A stretch of 62,483 bases of DNA, the filler included, from a bacterium (GTDB taxonomy: Bacteria; JALSQH01): NCBI GenBank assembly GCA_027004335.1. It is 9 parts of 9 records of this genome, joined end to end, with 100 filler letters (N's around TTAATTAATTAA, not from the genome) between each part and the next. Parts side by side here need not be neighbours in the genome. Positions count along the whole stretch, not along the records: positions 15,329 to 26,167 come from JALTID010000102.1; positions 26,268 to 37,050 come from JALTID010000103.1; 7 more parts are not named here. One strand, given 5' to 3'. Under the pieces are notes generated by a model. It did no database searches and was not told where the DNA came from. It was given only the letters and a program-made list of their open reading frames with translations. Shown piece by piece: positions 17,917-28,799 of the stretch. The position numbers and the translations under genes are program-made. Each line of letters starts with the position of its first letter. The stretch's first letter is position 1.

Positions 17917-20563
17917 GCCTTATTGCGGCCTGTGCTGCAGCTAATCTTGCAATTGGTACCCTGTATGGGGAACAGCTCACATAGTTAAGTCCCACGCTGT
18001 GGAAGAAGTCAATGGAATCAGGATCTCCACCATGTTCACCACAGATCCCCAATTTGATTCCAGGGTTAACTTTTTTACCTTTCTCAACTGCGATTCTGAC
18101 CAGTTCCCCAACACCGCCAACATCAATTGTCATAAAGGGATCTCTGGTTATTATTCCATCTTCTTCATATTTTTTAAGGAACTTCCCGGCATCATCCCTG
18201 CTTATCCCCAGAGTTGTCTGGGTAAGGTCATTGGTGCCAAAACTGAAAAATTCAGCAACCTGTCCGATTTCATCAGCTGTTAAAGCAGCTCTTGGTAGCT
18301 CAATCATGGTTCCAACTTTGTATGGAACTTCCATTTCATAATTTTCAAAAACTTTTTTAGCTATACCCGGTATTCTCTCCTTGAAAAATTCAAGCTCCTT
18401 CCTGAAACCCACAAGGGGAATCATGATCTCGGGATGAACATCATAACCCTCCTTCTTAAGCTCACATGCAGCCTCAAATATTGCCTCCACCTGCATATCA
18501 TACACTTTGGGAAAAGTTATACCCAGCCTGCAACCCCTGTGACCGAGCATGGGATTAAATTCTTTTAAAGCTTCCACCCTTTCCTTCAAAACTCGCGGAT
18601 GTTTATTCAGTTTGTAGGCAAGATCATCAATCTCCTCATCAGTGTGGGGTAAAAACTCATGGAGAGGTGGATCAAGCAATCTGATAGTAACGGGAAGTCC
18701 CTCCATCACTTTCAGAATTCCATAAAAATCACTTTTCTGATACTCTTTCAGTTTCCTAAGAGCATCCTGAAGATCACTTTCATTTTCTGCAAGGATCATC
18801 TCCCTCACAGCGTCAATTCTATTACCTTCAAAGAACATATGTTCTGTCCTGCAGAGCCCGATACCCTCTGCACCAAATTTCCTTGCAACACTGGAATCGT
18901 GAGGAGTATCTGCATTGGTTCTAACACCAAGTTTCCTGTGTTTATCAGCCATCTCCATTAATTTTCCAAAATAACCACCAAGTTCTGGCTCCACTTTGGG
19001 CACATTACCCAACATAACCTCACCGGTGGAGCCATCAATTGTGATCCAGTCACCCTTTTGAACCACAGCTCCGCCCCTACCTACAAAAAGTTCTCTGTCA
19101 TAATCAATAGTTACATCGCCACAGCCCACAACACATGCCTTACCCATTCCCCTTGCGACAACAGCTGCATGACTTGTCATTCCACCACGGGCTGTTAATA
19201 TACCCTCAGCAGCGCTCATCCCCTTGATATCTTCTGGACTGGTCTCAATCCTGACAAGAATGACCTTCTTCCCCTGTTCACTCATCTTCTCTGCGTCATC
19301 TGCATTAAGGACCACCATTCCACTGGCAGCTCCAGGAGATGCTGGTAGCCCCACTCCGATTACCTCTTTCTCAGCTTTAGGGTCTATCATGGGATGCAGG
19401 AGTTGATCCAGAGAAGAAGGAGCCACTCTCATTACAGCTGTTTTTTCATCTATCAACCCCTCATCAACCATATCCACAGCTATTCTAACAGCTGCCCTGC
19501 CTGTTCTCTTACCTGTTCTTGTCTGGAGCATCCAGAGTTTCATCCTTTCAATAGTGAACTCCATATCCTGCATATCTTTGAAGTGATCCTCAAGTATTTC
19601 GCCGACTCTAACAAGTTCCTTATATACATCAGGAAATTTCACTTCCAGGGACTGTTCTCCTCCCTCTTTTTGTGAAATAGGAATCGGGGTCCTTATACCA
19701 GCAACAACATCCTCCCCCTGAGCATTGGGCAAATACTCACCAAATATCCCTTTCTCTCCCGTAGCAGGGTTTCTGGTAAAAGCGACACCTGTTCCGCTGT
19801 CATTCCCAAGGTTACCATAAACCATGGCAACTATATTCACAGCGGTACCAAGATCATCTGGAATATTATTTATCTTTCTGTAAATTATTGCTCTCTCATT
19901 GTTCCAGCTCCCAAAAACTGCCCCTATCGCCTCCCAGAGTTGCTTCCAAGGATCCTGCGGAAAATTTCTCCCTGTAAATTCCTTTATCTTATCTTTAAGT
20001 ATTTCAACAAGTTTTCTTAAATCCTCAGCATCAAGCTCCGTATCAAGCTGAACTCCTTTTTCTTCTTTTATCTTTTCAAGGGGCTCCTCAAGCTTTGCTG
20101 AATCTATTCCAAGAACCACATTTCCAAACATCTGAATGAATCTTCTATAACTGTCAAAGGCGAATCTCTCATTATTTGCCATTCTGGCAAGTCCATAAAC
20201 ACTTTTATCATTTAAACCAAGATTTAAAACAGTATCCATCATACCGGGCATACTTATAGGTGCACCAGATCTGACAGAAACAAGCAGAGGTTCCTCTTCG
20301 CTACCAAATTTTCTCCCCATTGTTTCTTCAAGTTTTTTCATACCATCAAGAACCTGTCCTTCCAGTTCCGGTGGGTATGTCTCATTGTTCTGGTAATAGT
20401 AGGTGCAGACTTCCGTGGTGATTGTAAAACCGGGAGGAACGGGAAGCCCAATACTAGTCATTTCGGCAAGACCGGCTCCCTTTCCTCCTAACAGATTCTT
20501 CATCTCCGTGGTACCTTCTGCCTCCCCATTCCCGAAAAAATAAACATATTTTTTTCCTGCCAC
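17894..20563 (-). CDS. ppdK: Pyruvate phosphate dikinase
   Basis: GGKGAGLAEM, VSVRSGA..SMPGMMDT, GGMTSHAAVVARG, GIGLCRTEHMF, FGTNDLTQ, GICGEHGG. Confidence 0.98.
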   Translation of the reverse strand: MAGKKYVYFFGNGEAEGTTEMKNLLGGKGAGLAEMTSIGLPVPPGFTITTEVCTYYYQNNETYPPELEGQVLDGMKKLEETMGRKFGSEEEPLLVSVRSGAPISMPGMMDTVLNLGLNDKSVYGLARMANNERFAFDSYRRFIQMFGNVVLGIDSAKLEEPLEKIKEEKGVQLDTELDAEDLRKLVEILKDKIKEFTGRNFPQDPWKQLWEAIGAVFGSWNNERAIIYRKINNIPDDLGTAVNIVAMVYGNLGNDSGTGVAFTRNPATGEKGIFGEYLPNAQGEDVVAGIRTPIPISQKEGGEQSLEVKFPDVYKELVRVGEILEDHFKDMQDMEFTIERMKLWMLQTRTGKRTGRAAVRIAVDMVDEGLIDEKTAVMRVAPSSLDQLLHPMIDPKAEKEVIGVGLPASPGAASGMVVLNADDAEKMSEQGKKVILVRIETSPEDIKGMSAAEGILTARGGMTSHAAVVARGMGKACVVGCGDVTIDYDRELFVGRGGAVVQKGDWITIDGSTGEVMLGNVPKVEPELGGYFGKLMEMADKHRKLGVRTNADTPHDSSVARKFGAEGIGLCRTEHMFFEGNRIDAVREMILAENESDLQDALRKLKEYQKSDFYGILKVMEGLPVTIRLLDPPLHEFLPHTDEEIDDLAYKLNKHPRVLKERVEALKEFNPMLGHRGCRLGITFPKVYDMQVEAIFEAACELKKEGYDVHPEIMIPLVGFRKELEFFKERIPGIAKKVFENYEMEVPYKVGTMIELPRAALTADEIGQVAEFFSFGTNDLTQTTLGISRDDAGKFLKKYEEDGIITRDPFMTIDVGGVGELVRIAVEKGKKVNPGIKLGICGEHGGDPDSIDFFHSVGLNYVSCSPYRVPIARLAAAQAAIRHENESQR

Positions 20564-20565
20564 TT

Positions 20566-22641
20566 TTATCCCTCCTTTTCAATATGTATTTTTGAGAAGT
20601 TTGCCAGTTTCCTGAATGTATCGCTTATCATCTGAAGAAGCGAAAGTCTGTTATTTCTCAGTTTCTCATCATCTGTCATCACAAGAACATCATCAAAAAA
20701 TTTATCAATTACAGGTTTTAATTGTAAAATTCTCTGCATTGCAAGAATAAACTCTTTTTTTCCCATGAGAGACTCAAATTCATCTTTAAATTTTAAAAAT
20801 TTGTCATAAAGGAGTTTTTCTGTATCTTCAGTCAACAAACCTTCGCTAAATTTTTCTATTACAGGCTTCTGCCCTCTAAGAATATTGACGACTCTTTTAA
20901 AAACGATACTTAGATCAATAAAAGCTCTGTCCTGAATAAAGTTGCTCAGAGCCACAATTTTGAGAAAAGCTTCATAGGGAACATCAAAATTCTCATCAAT
21001 AATTGCCTGGATCAGATCCTTACGAAATCCTCTATCAGAGAGGATATTTTCAAATCTCACCTTAAAAAATTTCTCAACTGTCTGAATATCATTTTTAGCC
21101 CTACTACCCTGATTTTCAAGAGAGGTAAAGGCGACCTTAATAGTTCCACTCAGACTTAAAAGCAACTCTTTCTCCAGCAATATTAAGATAGTACCAATGG
21201 CAGCTCTTCTCAAACCAAAAGGATCCTGAGCCCCCGTTATTTTTAACCCTGCTGCGAAACCTGAAACCACCGTATCAATTTTATCAGAAAGAGAGGCAAC
21301 AATTCCTGTTCTATGCAAAGGCAATTCATCACCGGCAAATCTGGGGAGATAATGCTCCCAGATCCCCTCTGCTATTTCCTCATCTTCACCCTGACGAATA
21401 GCATACTCTTTTCCCATTACCCCCTGTAACTCAGGAAACTCATAAACCATATCGGTGAGCAGATCGCATTTCGCAAGCTTAAGGGTACGCTCAACCTTTT
21501 CCCTGATATCATTCCATCCCAGGTTATCTATAACATAATTGGCAATTTCTATGTCTCTTAAGACCTTGTCATAGATACTTCCCAATTTTTTCTGGTAGGT
21601 AACATCTTTAAGTTTTTCCAGAAGCTCAATGAGGGGAATTTTCAGATCCTCCCTGAAAAAGAATTCAGCATCCTCAAGTCTTGATCTTAAGACTCTCTCA
21701 TTTCCACGAATTATTTCAGAAGTATCATCAATGGGCATATTTGAAACAGTAAAAGAGTAGGGGAGAAGTCTTCCATTTTTATCCACAGCGGTGAAGTACT
21801 TCTGATGGTGCTGAGCAGAAATTATAATTACCTCCTCGGGCAGATTTAGAAATTTTTTATCAATGTTACCTCTTAAAACTTCTGGATATTCAACAAGATA
21901 TACAACTTCATTTAAAAGTTCTTCGTTGGGGGGGATCGTCCCCTTAACCTCTTCGGAGAGATTTTTTAATTCCTCAAGTATAATTCTTTTTCTCTCCTCC
22001 CCGTCAATAATAACAAACTCTCTTCTAATAGATTCCAGATAATCTTTTGCGTCTTTCACTTCAAATTCCTCTCCAAGGAATCTGTGCCCCTGTGAAATTC
22101 TTCCTGAAGTAACTCCGGCAAAATCAAAGTGGACAAGTTCTTTTCCCCAGAGGGCAACTATCCATCTTACAGGTCTTGCGAAAGCGACTCTGGATTCATT
22201 CCATCTCATTGATTTTGGGAAATGCATACTAAAAACATAGTCTTTGAAAAGTTCCGGCAGGATCTCTTTTACTTCACCTCCACCAATAGCTTTTTCAGCA
22301 TAAAGATAAATTCCCCTTGCTGTCTTTTCTTTTTTCACATCTTCGGGAGAAAGAGCATTTTTTTTAACAAAACTCTCATAAGCTTTAGTTGGATTCCCAT
22401 CTTTAAAAGCTATTTTTTCAGGAGGTCCCTGAATTTTAACAACTTTTTCCTCTCTAAGCTCCTCCACCCCCCAGGCAATGGAGACGATTCTACGAGGAGT
22501 GGCAAATAACTCTACCTTTTTATATTTAACAAGATTATCCCTGAGAAGAGACTCAAATTTCTTTTTAAATTCAGGCAGGAGATCAACAAGAAAACCTGCA
22601 GGGATCTCCTCTGTTCCAATTTCAAGTAAAATATCCTTCAA
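20566..22641 (-). CDS. glyS: Glycine--tRNA ligase beta subunit
   Basis: LLEIGTEEIP, TPRR, FARPVRW, EFPELQGVMG, DPFGLRR, NRLSLL. Confidence 0.97.
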   Translation of the reverse strand: MKDILLEIGTEEIPAGFLVDLLPEFKKKFESLLRDNLVKYKKVELFATPRRIVSIAWGVEELREEKVVKIQGPPEKIAFKDGNPTKAYESFVKKNALSPEDVKKEKTARGIYLYAEKAIGGGEVKEILPELFKDYVFSMHFPKSMRWNESRVAFARPVRWIVALWGKELVHFDFAGVTSGRISQGHRFLGEEFEVKDAKDYLESIRREFVIIDGEERKRIILEELKNLSEEVKGTIPPNEELLNEVVYLVEYPEVLRGNIDKKFLNLPEEVIIISAQHHQKYFTAVDKNGRLLPYSFTVSNMPIDDTSEIIRGNERVLRSRLEDAEFFFREDLKIPLIELLEKLKDVTYQKKLGSIYDKVLRDIEIANYVIDNLGWNDIREKVERTLKLAKCDLLTDMVYEFPELQGVMGKEYAIRQGEDEEIAEGIWEHYLPRFAGDELPLHRTGIVASLSDKIDTVVSGFAAGLKITGAQDPFGLRRAAIGTILILLEKELLLSLSGTIKVAFTSLENQGSRAKNDIQTVEKFFKVRFENILSDRGFRKDLIQAIIDENFDVPYEAFLKIVALSNFIQDRAFIDLSIVFKRVVNILRGQKPVIEKFSEGLLTEDTEKLLYDKFLKFKDEFESLMGKKEFILAMQRILQLKPVIDKFFDDVLVMTDDEKLRNNRLSLLQMISDTFRKLANFSKIHIEKEG

Positions 22642-22644
22642 TCT

Positions 22645-23514
22645 TTACCTCTCAAGAAGCGGGAATCCAAGCTTTTCTCTTTGTTCAAGGTATTTTTCAG
22701 CACACTGGCTTGCCAGTTTTCTTACTCTGAGAATATACCTCATTCTCTCGGTAACACTTATTGCCCCCCGGGCATCAAGAAGATTAAAAGCGTGGGAGCA
22801 CTTCAAAGTGTAATCGTAAGCTGGCAGCACAAGATCCTCTTCAAGTAATCTCAAAGCTTCTTTTTCATACATATCAAAAAGCTGAAACAGCATATCCACA
22901 TCAGCAGACTCAAAGTTGTATTTTGAAAACTGGACTTCAGTCTGGAGATGAACATCTCCATATTTTATCTTCTCGTTCCACTGTATATCAAAAACATTAT
23001 CAACTTCTTGGAGATACATGGTGATCCTCTCAAGACCATAGGTAATCTCCAGTGAAACAGGGTCAAGATCCACCCCCCCCGCCTGCTGAAAATATGTAAA
23101 CTGCGTTATCTCCATGCCATCAAGCCACACCTCCCAGCCAAGCCCCCATGCCCCAAGAGTTGGTGATTCCCAATCATCCTCCACAAATCTTATATCGTGA
23201 ACACGGGGATTAATTCCAAGAGCTCTGAGACTTTCAAGATAGAGCTCCTGAGAATTTTCCGGGGCAGGTTTAATTATAACCTGGAACTGGTAGTAATACT
23301 GTAATCTATTGGGATTTTCACCATACCTTCCATCAGTAGGCCTTCTTGAAGGTTCCACATAGGCAACACTCCAGGGTTCAGGACCAAGCACTCTGAGAAA
23401 TGTTGCAGGGTGAAAAGTTCCGGCCCCTTTCTCAAGGTCATAGGGTTGCTGAATAATACAATCCCTCTCTGACCAGTACTTCTGAAGATTTATTATAACA
23501 TCCTGGAAATACAC
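22645..23514 (-). CDS. glyQ: Glycine--tRNA ligase alpha subunit
   Basis: [40 protein letters not shown]. Confidence 0.98.
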   Translation of the reverse strand: MYFQDVIINLQKYWSERDCIIQQPYDLEKGAGTFHPATFLRVLGPEPWSVAYVEPSRRPTDGRYGENPNRLQYYYQFQVIIKPAPENSQELYLESLRALGINPRVHDIRFVEDDWESPTLGAWGLGWEVWLDGMEITQFTYFQQAGGVDLDPVSLEITYGLERITMYLQEVDNVFDIQWNEKIKYGDVHLQTEVQFSKYNFESADVDMLFQLFDMYEKEALRLLEEDLVLPAYDYTLKCSHAFNLLDARGAISVTERMRYILRVRKLASQCAEKYLEQREKLGFPLLER

Positions 23515-23523
23515 AGAGAACTC

Positions 23524-24252
23524 CTACTTTCCGGAAACTTTTTTATCCTCATTTTCACCAAGAACAAGTTTCTCCAACTTTGATAATTTACCTTCAAGCT
23601 CTGCGATGCGATGCGAAAGTGTCTCCATCACAATAGCTTCTGGATCAGGCAACTCATGGTGATTCAGATCAGCAGCACCGGGAGGAACAGGTTTTACTCC
23701 CTTTGCCATTGCCTTACCGGGGACACCAACCACAGTAGAGTTGGGAGGAACATCCCTGATCACCACAGATCCCGCTCCAACCCTGCTGTTTTCCCCGATT
23801 ACCGCTGGACCGAGAACCTTTGCACCAGCACCAATAACGACCCTATCTTTCACAGTGGGATGTCTCTTTTCCTTTCTCCATGTGGTACCACCAAGGGTTA
23901 CGCCGTGGTATATTGTAACATCATCGCCTATCTCTGTTGTTTCACCAATGACAACCCCCATACCATGATCAATAAAGAATCTTCTTCCTATCTTTGCTCC
24001 AGGGTGGATTTCAATCCCTGTGATAAACCTATTTATATGAGATAAAAATCTTGCAGGAAGATACCTTTCCCTCACCCAGAGATAATGGGCTATTCTATGC
24101 ATAAAAATGGCATGAAATCCCGGATAGGCTGTAAGAATTTCAGGAACTGATCTTGCCGCAGGATCCCGGAGAAAAGTTGTTTCAATATCTTCTTTTATCC
24201 TCTCAACATTGTCTTTGATAAGAAAAATCTTCTGTCTTATTCCCTCAAACAT
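23524..24252 (-). CDS. cysE: Serine O-acetyltransferase
   Basis: [37 protein letters not shown]; start approximate. Confidence 0.95.
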   Translation of the reverse strand: MFEGIRQKIFLIKDNVERIKEDIETTFLRDPAARSVPEILTAYPGFHAIFMHRIAHYLWVRERYLPARFLSHINRFITGIEIHPGAKIGRRFFIDHGMGVVIGETTEIGDDVTIYHGVTLGGTTWRKEKRHPTVKDRVVIGAGAKVLGPAVIGENSRVGAGSVVIRDVPPNSTVVGVPGKAMAKGVKPVPPGAADLNHHELPDPEAIVMETLSHRIAELEGKLSKLEKLVLGENEDKKVSGK

Positions 24253-24358
24253 TTTTTCTGAGTAATATGTAAGTTTTTGTAATATTAAACCATAGAATTG
24301 TGATGTTATCAAGGTGAAAAGGAAAAATTAGCCTGATGAAAGCGTCTTAAAAATCCAA

Positions 24359-25747
24359 TCAACTCTCCCTCTCCGTCCTGCCATATCTGTCTTCAAGCCT
24401 CACAATATCATCTTCACCCAGATATTCACCCACCTGAACCTCAATTACCTCTGCGTTTTCTTCAAAGGGATTACCCAGTCTATGGGTGATCCCGGAAGGG
24501 ACAAAGGTGCTTTCTCCTGGTTTAAGAGCTGATCTCTTACCATTAATTTCCACCTCAACTTTACCTTTAACCACCACCCAGTGCTCACTTCTGTGGTTGT
24601 GATACTGAAGACTCAAAAAACCTCCAGGTTTGACAGTTATCCTCTTCAATTTGAAACCCTCACCCTCTTCAAGAACTGTGTAACTACCCCAGGGTCTGAA
24701 AACCGTTTTGTGTTCGATAACTTCCTGCTCCCCTTTTTCCAGCAGATAGGAAACAATATCCCTCAGTCTGCTGGCACCGCTAAGATCCGAAACAAAAACT
24801 GCATCCCTCGTTTCCACCACCACCACATTATCAACACCAGCTCCTACGATCTTTCTATCCTCCCCCCAGAAGAGAGAATTTTTTACATCTTTGAGGGTGA
24901 CATTACCTTTTACTGCATTACCATTTTCATCTTGTGGGAGTCTGTGATAAACAGCATACCATGAATTTAGAGAGGACCACGATAGTTCCATCGGAATCAC
25001 GGCACCTTTTTCACTTTTTTCCATAATAAGTCGTGGAAAACTCTCCGCAGGGATGGATGAATATTCCTTCAATATTTCTTCAACTTCCAGAGAAGTCAAA
25101 CTCTTATACTTCTCATGCATCCTGTATTCATCCAGTAAAACAGAGATCCTTGAAAAGAACACGCCCATATTCCAGAGATAATTACCGGAGAGAAAAAACT
25201 CCTCTGCTGAAGATAGATCAGGCTTCTCAACAAATTCGGAGATAAGATTAAATCCGTCCTTCCCGGAGGAGGGAGAAACCTTTATATAGCCAAATTCTGT
25301 TTCGGGATAAGAGGGGACAATGCCCATAGTGGTAATGTAGTCCTCTGAGGCAACCTTACCTGCGAGATCCACATACTCAAAAAACTTCCACTCTGGCTTA
25401 ACATACTGGTCTGAGGGAGAAATAAAAACTACTTCATCTTCTTTTACACCTTTCTCCAGAAGGAATTTTAGACCTGTAAAAACCGAGATTGCTGTGTTTC
25501 TATTTTCAGGTTCATAGAGAAAATTCTTTATGCCGAGATCCCCCACCTCATCATTGACAAGGAATCTGTACTTATCCGCTGTAATGATGATAAGATCCTC
25601 GGGAGGAAATTTTTTCAAAAGCCTCTCCACAGTGAGTCTCAAAAAAGATTTCCCGTTGAGGATCTTTAAAAAGGGCTTGGGAAAATCCCTCCTGGCAAGG
25701 GGCCACAATTTTTTACCAAAACCACCGGCAAGAATAAGAACTTTCAT
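24359..25747 (-). CDS. manC: Mannose-1-phosphate guanylyltransferase/mannose-6-phosphate isomerase (transferase motifs diverged)
   Basis: ILAGG.G..LWPL, FVEKPD; C-terminal cupin RPWGSY...SLQYHNHRSEHW...EVQVGEYLGEDDIVR. Confidence 0.88.
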   Translation of the reverse strand: MKVLILAGGFGKKLWPLARRDFPKPFLKILNGKSFLRLTVERLLKKFPPEDLIIITADKYRFLVNDEVGDLGIKNFLYEPENRNTAISVFTGLKFLLEKGVKEDEVVFISPSDQYVKPEWKFFEYVDLAGKVASEDYITTMGIVPSYPETEFGYIKVSPSSGKDGFNLISEFVEKPDLSSAEEFFLSGNYLWNMGVFFSRISVLLDEYRMHEKYKSLTSLEVEEILKEYSSIPAESFPRLIMEKSEKGAVIPMELSWSSLNSWYAVYHRLPQDENGNAVKGNVTLKDVKNSLFWGEDRKIVGAGVDNVVVVETRDAVFVSDLSGASRLRDIVSYLLEKGEQEVIEHKTVFRPWGSYTVLEEGEGFKLKRITVKPGGFLSLQYHNHRSEHWVVVKGKVEVEINGKRSALKPGESTFVPSGITHRLGNPFEENAEVIEVQVGEYLGEDDIVRLEDRYGRTERES

Positions 25748-25903
25748 AACTTAAATAAAATTATAGCAGATGATGGGGATAAGACAATAGGGGGTGGTAG
25801 AATAGTGCCAAATTTTCGTCATATTAAGGGGTTATGGGGATTTGGAAGAGGTGACAAAATACTACATTTGGCCAAAATAGGGCTTACAGGGAAAAGAGAG
25901 GTG

Positions 25904-26167
25904 TTATCCTTTGATCTTCATCAATTTCTGTTTCAAAGATGGGAGATCCTTTACTGCAGTGTCCCAAACTGCCCCGATGTCTACACCTAAATAATCATGA
26001 ATGAGTTTGTCTCTCACCCCTGCCATTTGCCTCCATGGAAAATCAGGGTGTTTTTCCCTAAATTCCATTGATATATTTTTAGTGGCTTCACCTATTATTT
26101 CTAATTCCCTGATTACCGCATCCCTTAGCATAATATTTGATTCAAACTCTTTGTAAGTTTTACCCGC
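25904..26167 (-). CDS. HepT/DUF86 ribonuclease toxin (HEPN), 5' truncated
   Basis: DAVIRELEIIGEA, PW..MAG.RDKLIHDY (Rx4H), VD...VW. Confidence 0.88.
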   Translation of the reverse strand, partial: AGKTYKEFESNIMLRDAVIRELEIIGEATKNISMEFREKHPDFPWRQMAGVRDKLIHDYLGVDIGAVWDTAVKDLPSLKQKLMKIKG

Positions 26168-26267
26168 NNNNNNNNNNNNNNNNNNNNNNNNNNNNNNNNN
26201 NNNNNNNNNNNTTAATTAATTAANNNNNNNNNNNNNNNNNNNNNNNNNNNNNNNNNNNNNNNNNNNN
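26168..26267. other. Artificial contig spacer
   Basis: 44 N + TTAATTAATTAA + 44 N. Confidence 0.99.
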
Positions 26268-26268
26268 A

Positions 26269-26616
26269 CGAGATTTAAAAGGGATGGGTAGCGTAGTTCT
26301 GGGAAGGGGATTTTCTACAATGGTAAGATATGGAGCCCCCCCTCTACCCCCCAAGCCGTTAAATTTACATCAGATCAGGAGGCTGAAAAGAGAATTTTTT
26401 ACTGCTAAAAGGAAAAAAGGTTCAGGTGGAGTAAAAGCAGAAAAAATGTCTCTTATTTTAGGTGAGAAAGAATTTTCAAAATTTAAAAGCATGATGAAAA
26501 GAAGGAGAGTCCCTCTTTATCTCAGACGAAGAGGGTTTAATGTTAAACCCAAAATAAATTCACCTTTAGCTCTTGGTAATAATGCCCTGGTGCATATAAA
26601 GGTGATTTTTCCATAA
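26269..26616 (+). CDS. Hypothetical protein C-terminus (possibly FecR-domain protein), 5' truncated
   Basis: Frame open from contig edge; SVVLGRGFSTMV..GAPPLPP resembles the segment that follows FecR domains. Confidence 0.45.
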   Translation, partial: RDLKGMGSVVLGRGFSTMVRYGAPPLPPKPLNLHQIRRLKREFFTAKRKKGSGGVKAEKMSLILGEKEFSKFKSMMKRRRVPLYLRRRGFNVKPKINSPLALGNNALVHIKVIFP

Positions 26617-26633
26617 TAAGGAGGGATGGTAAT

Positions 26634-28799
26634 ATGAAACATAAATTAATTCTCATAATTTTATTTTTAGGGTTCGTTGTTCCGTTTTTTTATAGTTGCG
26701 AAAGTGATAGTGGAGGCTATTCACAGACAACTGTGAATGCTTATCTACCTGATGATTATCAAAAGGTTTTTTTTCTACAGAATTTCAATGATAATTCTGT
26801 GGATGAGATACTTAAATCAGTAAAGTATTTTGTTGTATCTGTTGAAGGTCCTGGGATAGATAAACCAATCGTGAAAACAGGTAAAGTTGGTAGAAATTCC
26901 GACTTACTGGTGCCTGCAGGTAAAAATAGACTCTTTGCTGTAGCTCTTATGAATAAGGAAAAAGAAGTTGTTTTTGCAGGTTACAAGATGGTTGATTATT
27001 TACCGAAGGGAAAAGAAATTACAGTTGATATACAACTTCATTTTGCCAGGAGCTTTACCGATTCTACCAGAGATTACTACCCGGCAGGATCCACAGGAGC
27101 GATTGTATACGATTTAAGAGATGTGATGCTAACATGGGGCAAGGATGAAGAGGGGAAAAAGGTTGTTAATTTATTTTTTACCTTTAACCGAAAAGTATCC
27201 CTCCTGCGGGGGGAAGGAGGGAAAGGTTTGATGGGGATCATAGAAATTGATAGTGATGGTAATCCAACAACTGGTGTTCCTTCATTTGTTGATTCCCTCC
27301 GACCAGAAAGTGAAGGGAAAATAGGGGTTGATTACATACTCTATATTGAAGGTTTTGAGAAATCAAAAGCCCTGCTTGTGAATGCCATTACAGGTGATTA
27401 TTATTATCTTCCTCTTAAGATTGTAGAGAGACACATAATGCTATCGGTCCCCATGAGAGCTCTTAAGCTGCTTAATATTTCTTCAATTTTTTATCTTGAT
27501 AGTGCTTTTATTTCATTTGATGGTAATGATAGATATGTTGACATTTTTCCAGATGGGAATGCAGCAGTATCAAATAATCTCTTTATTCCGCCTGTTTATA
27601 ACAAAGCAGATGCTTTGAAAATAGGAGATTTTGAGAAAATTTATTCTTATCGATTACCAACTGGTGTAGATGTGGATTTTTCACCTTTCCAGAGTGGTAA
27701 TATCTTTGGTGGAATAGCTTCAATGGAGTATCCTTCTTCTCAATCAGTTGAGATAAGATCAAAAGTGTTTAAAATTTACAGAGTTGTTTCCAATTATACC
27801 TCTGGGAATGCTAAAGGCATGGATGAAAGTACCACTTTTGAGCGTTCAGTTGATACCCTTTATGGAACAAGTAGTGTTAACATTGAGACTGCGGCAAAGG
27901 GAAATGTAATTGCTGTAACTGCCTCTGGATTTAATATGGAAAGTTGCTCAGGTGGTCCTGGAATTAAAGTTTATATTAGTTTTGATGGTGGGTACTCCTA
28001 CAAAGCTTTTGAAAACAGGTGGTGTTTAAAGGGATCCTTAGGGTATGAGAATTCATTTCCTCTGTTACAATTTTCTAATAATTTTCTTTATGCAATCGCA
28101 GTAACTTACCCAGAGCGGTATGGTGGAACTTATTATAGAATAAGAAAATACGAACTTTCTCCAGCAGGCTTGAAATTTGTTAAAGAATATCCTGTTGTTT
28201 CTAAAGAGCTCTCTGCTCCTTTGGCTATAGGTGATGACTTTTACATGAGTGAGATTACGGTAGAGAGTAGTGATGTTAAGTTGGTACTTAAAAATATTGA
28301 GAATGGAAACAAAATTTACAGTGAATCAATCACAAAAGTCTCCAGTAATTCCTCAATCTATCTGGATTCTTTGAAAAGATGGGGGGATTATTTCTTGGTG
28401 ACTATTTCAGATTACGGTAACTCAGTAAATTATAGCGAATCTATCTTAACTGCAACTTTAAAATATTCTAAGGAAAATAATGAAATTTTAGTGCTTAGAA
28501 AGATGTTAGCACCTGAAGGTTATTATCCTGAGGGAGTATTTCCTGTTAATGAAAATGGGAGAATAGGTGGTTTCTATTATTATGAAGGAAGTACGGGGGG
28601 TTTTTATTATCTTGATGGGAGCTCTAAAATTCTCGTTACTTCGCCATTGAATTCTTTCAAATTTAATGGTTTCTGGCTTATTCCTCCTGGAGTTCCTGTG
28701 GTATTCTGGAAGGATTCGCTGGATGGTAAAATTTATACTTTTCACATTGCTATTGGAGTTCCTGGGAGTAGTGGGGGGAAATTAGTGGTGGGTCCATAG
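26634..28799 (+). CDS. Large beta-rich lipoprotein of unknown function
   Basis: AAGGAGG RBS; lipobox FYSC; IDSDGNPTTG loop; Asp-box-like SFDGGYSY. Confidence 0.75.
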   Translation: MKHKLILIILFLGFVVPFFYSCESDSGGYSQTTVNAYLPDDYQKVFFLQNFNDNSVDEILKSVKYFVVSVEGPGIDKPIVKTGKVGRNSDLLVPAGKNRLFAVALMNKEKEVVFAGYKMVDYLPKGKEITVDIQLHFARSFTDSTRDYYPAGSTGAIVYDLRDVMLTWGKDEEGKKVVNLFFTFNRKVSLLRGEGGKGLMGIIEIDSDGNPTTGVPSFVDSLRPESEGKIGVDYILYIEGFEKSKALLVNAITGDYYYLPLKIVERHIMLSVPMRALKLLNISSIFYLDSAFISFDGNDRYVDIFPDGNAAVSNNLFIPPVYNKADALKIGDFEKIYSYRLPTGVDVDFSPFQSGNIFGGIASMEYPSSQSVEIRSKVFKIYRVVSNYTSGNAKGMDESTTFERSVDTLYGTSSVNIETAAKGNVIAVTASGFNMESCSGGPGIKVYISFDGGYSYKAFENRWCLKGSLGYENSFPLLQFSNNFLYAIAVTYPERYGGTYYRIRKYELSPAGLKFVKEYPVVSKELSAPLAIGDDFYMSEITVESSDVKLVLKNIENGNKIYSESITKVSSNSSIYLDSLKRWGDYFLVTISDYGNSVNYSESILTATLKYSKENNEILVLRKMLAPEGYYPEGVFPVNENGRIGGFYYYEGSTGGFYYLDGSSKILVTSPLNSFKFNGFWLIPPGVPVVFWKDSLDGKIYTFHIAIGVPGSSGGKLVVGP

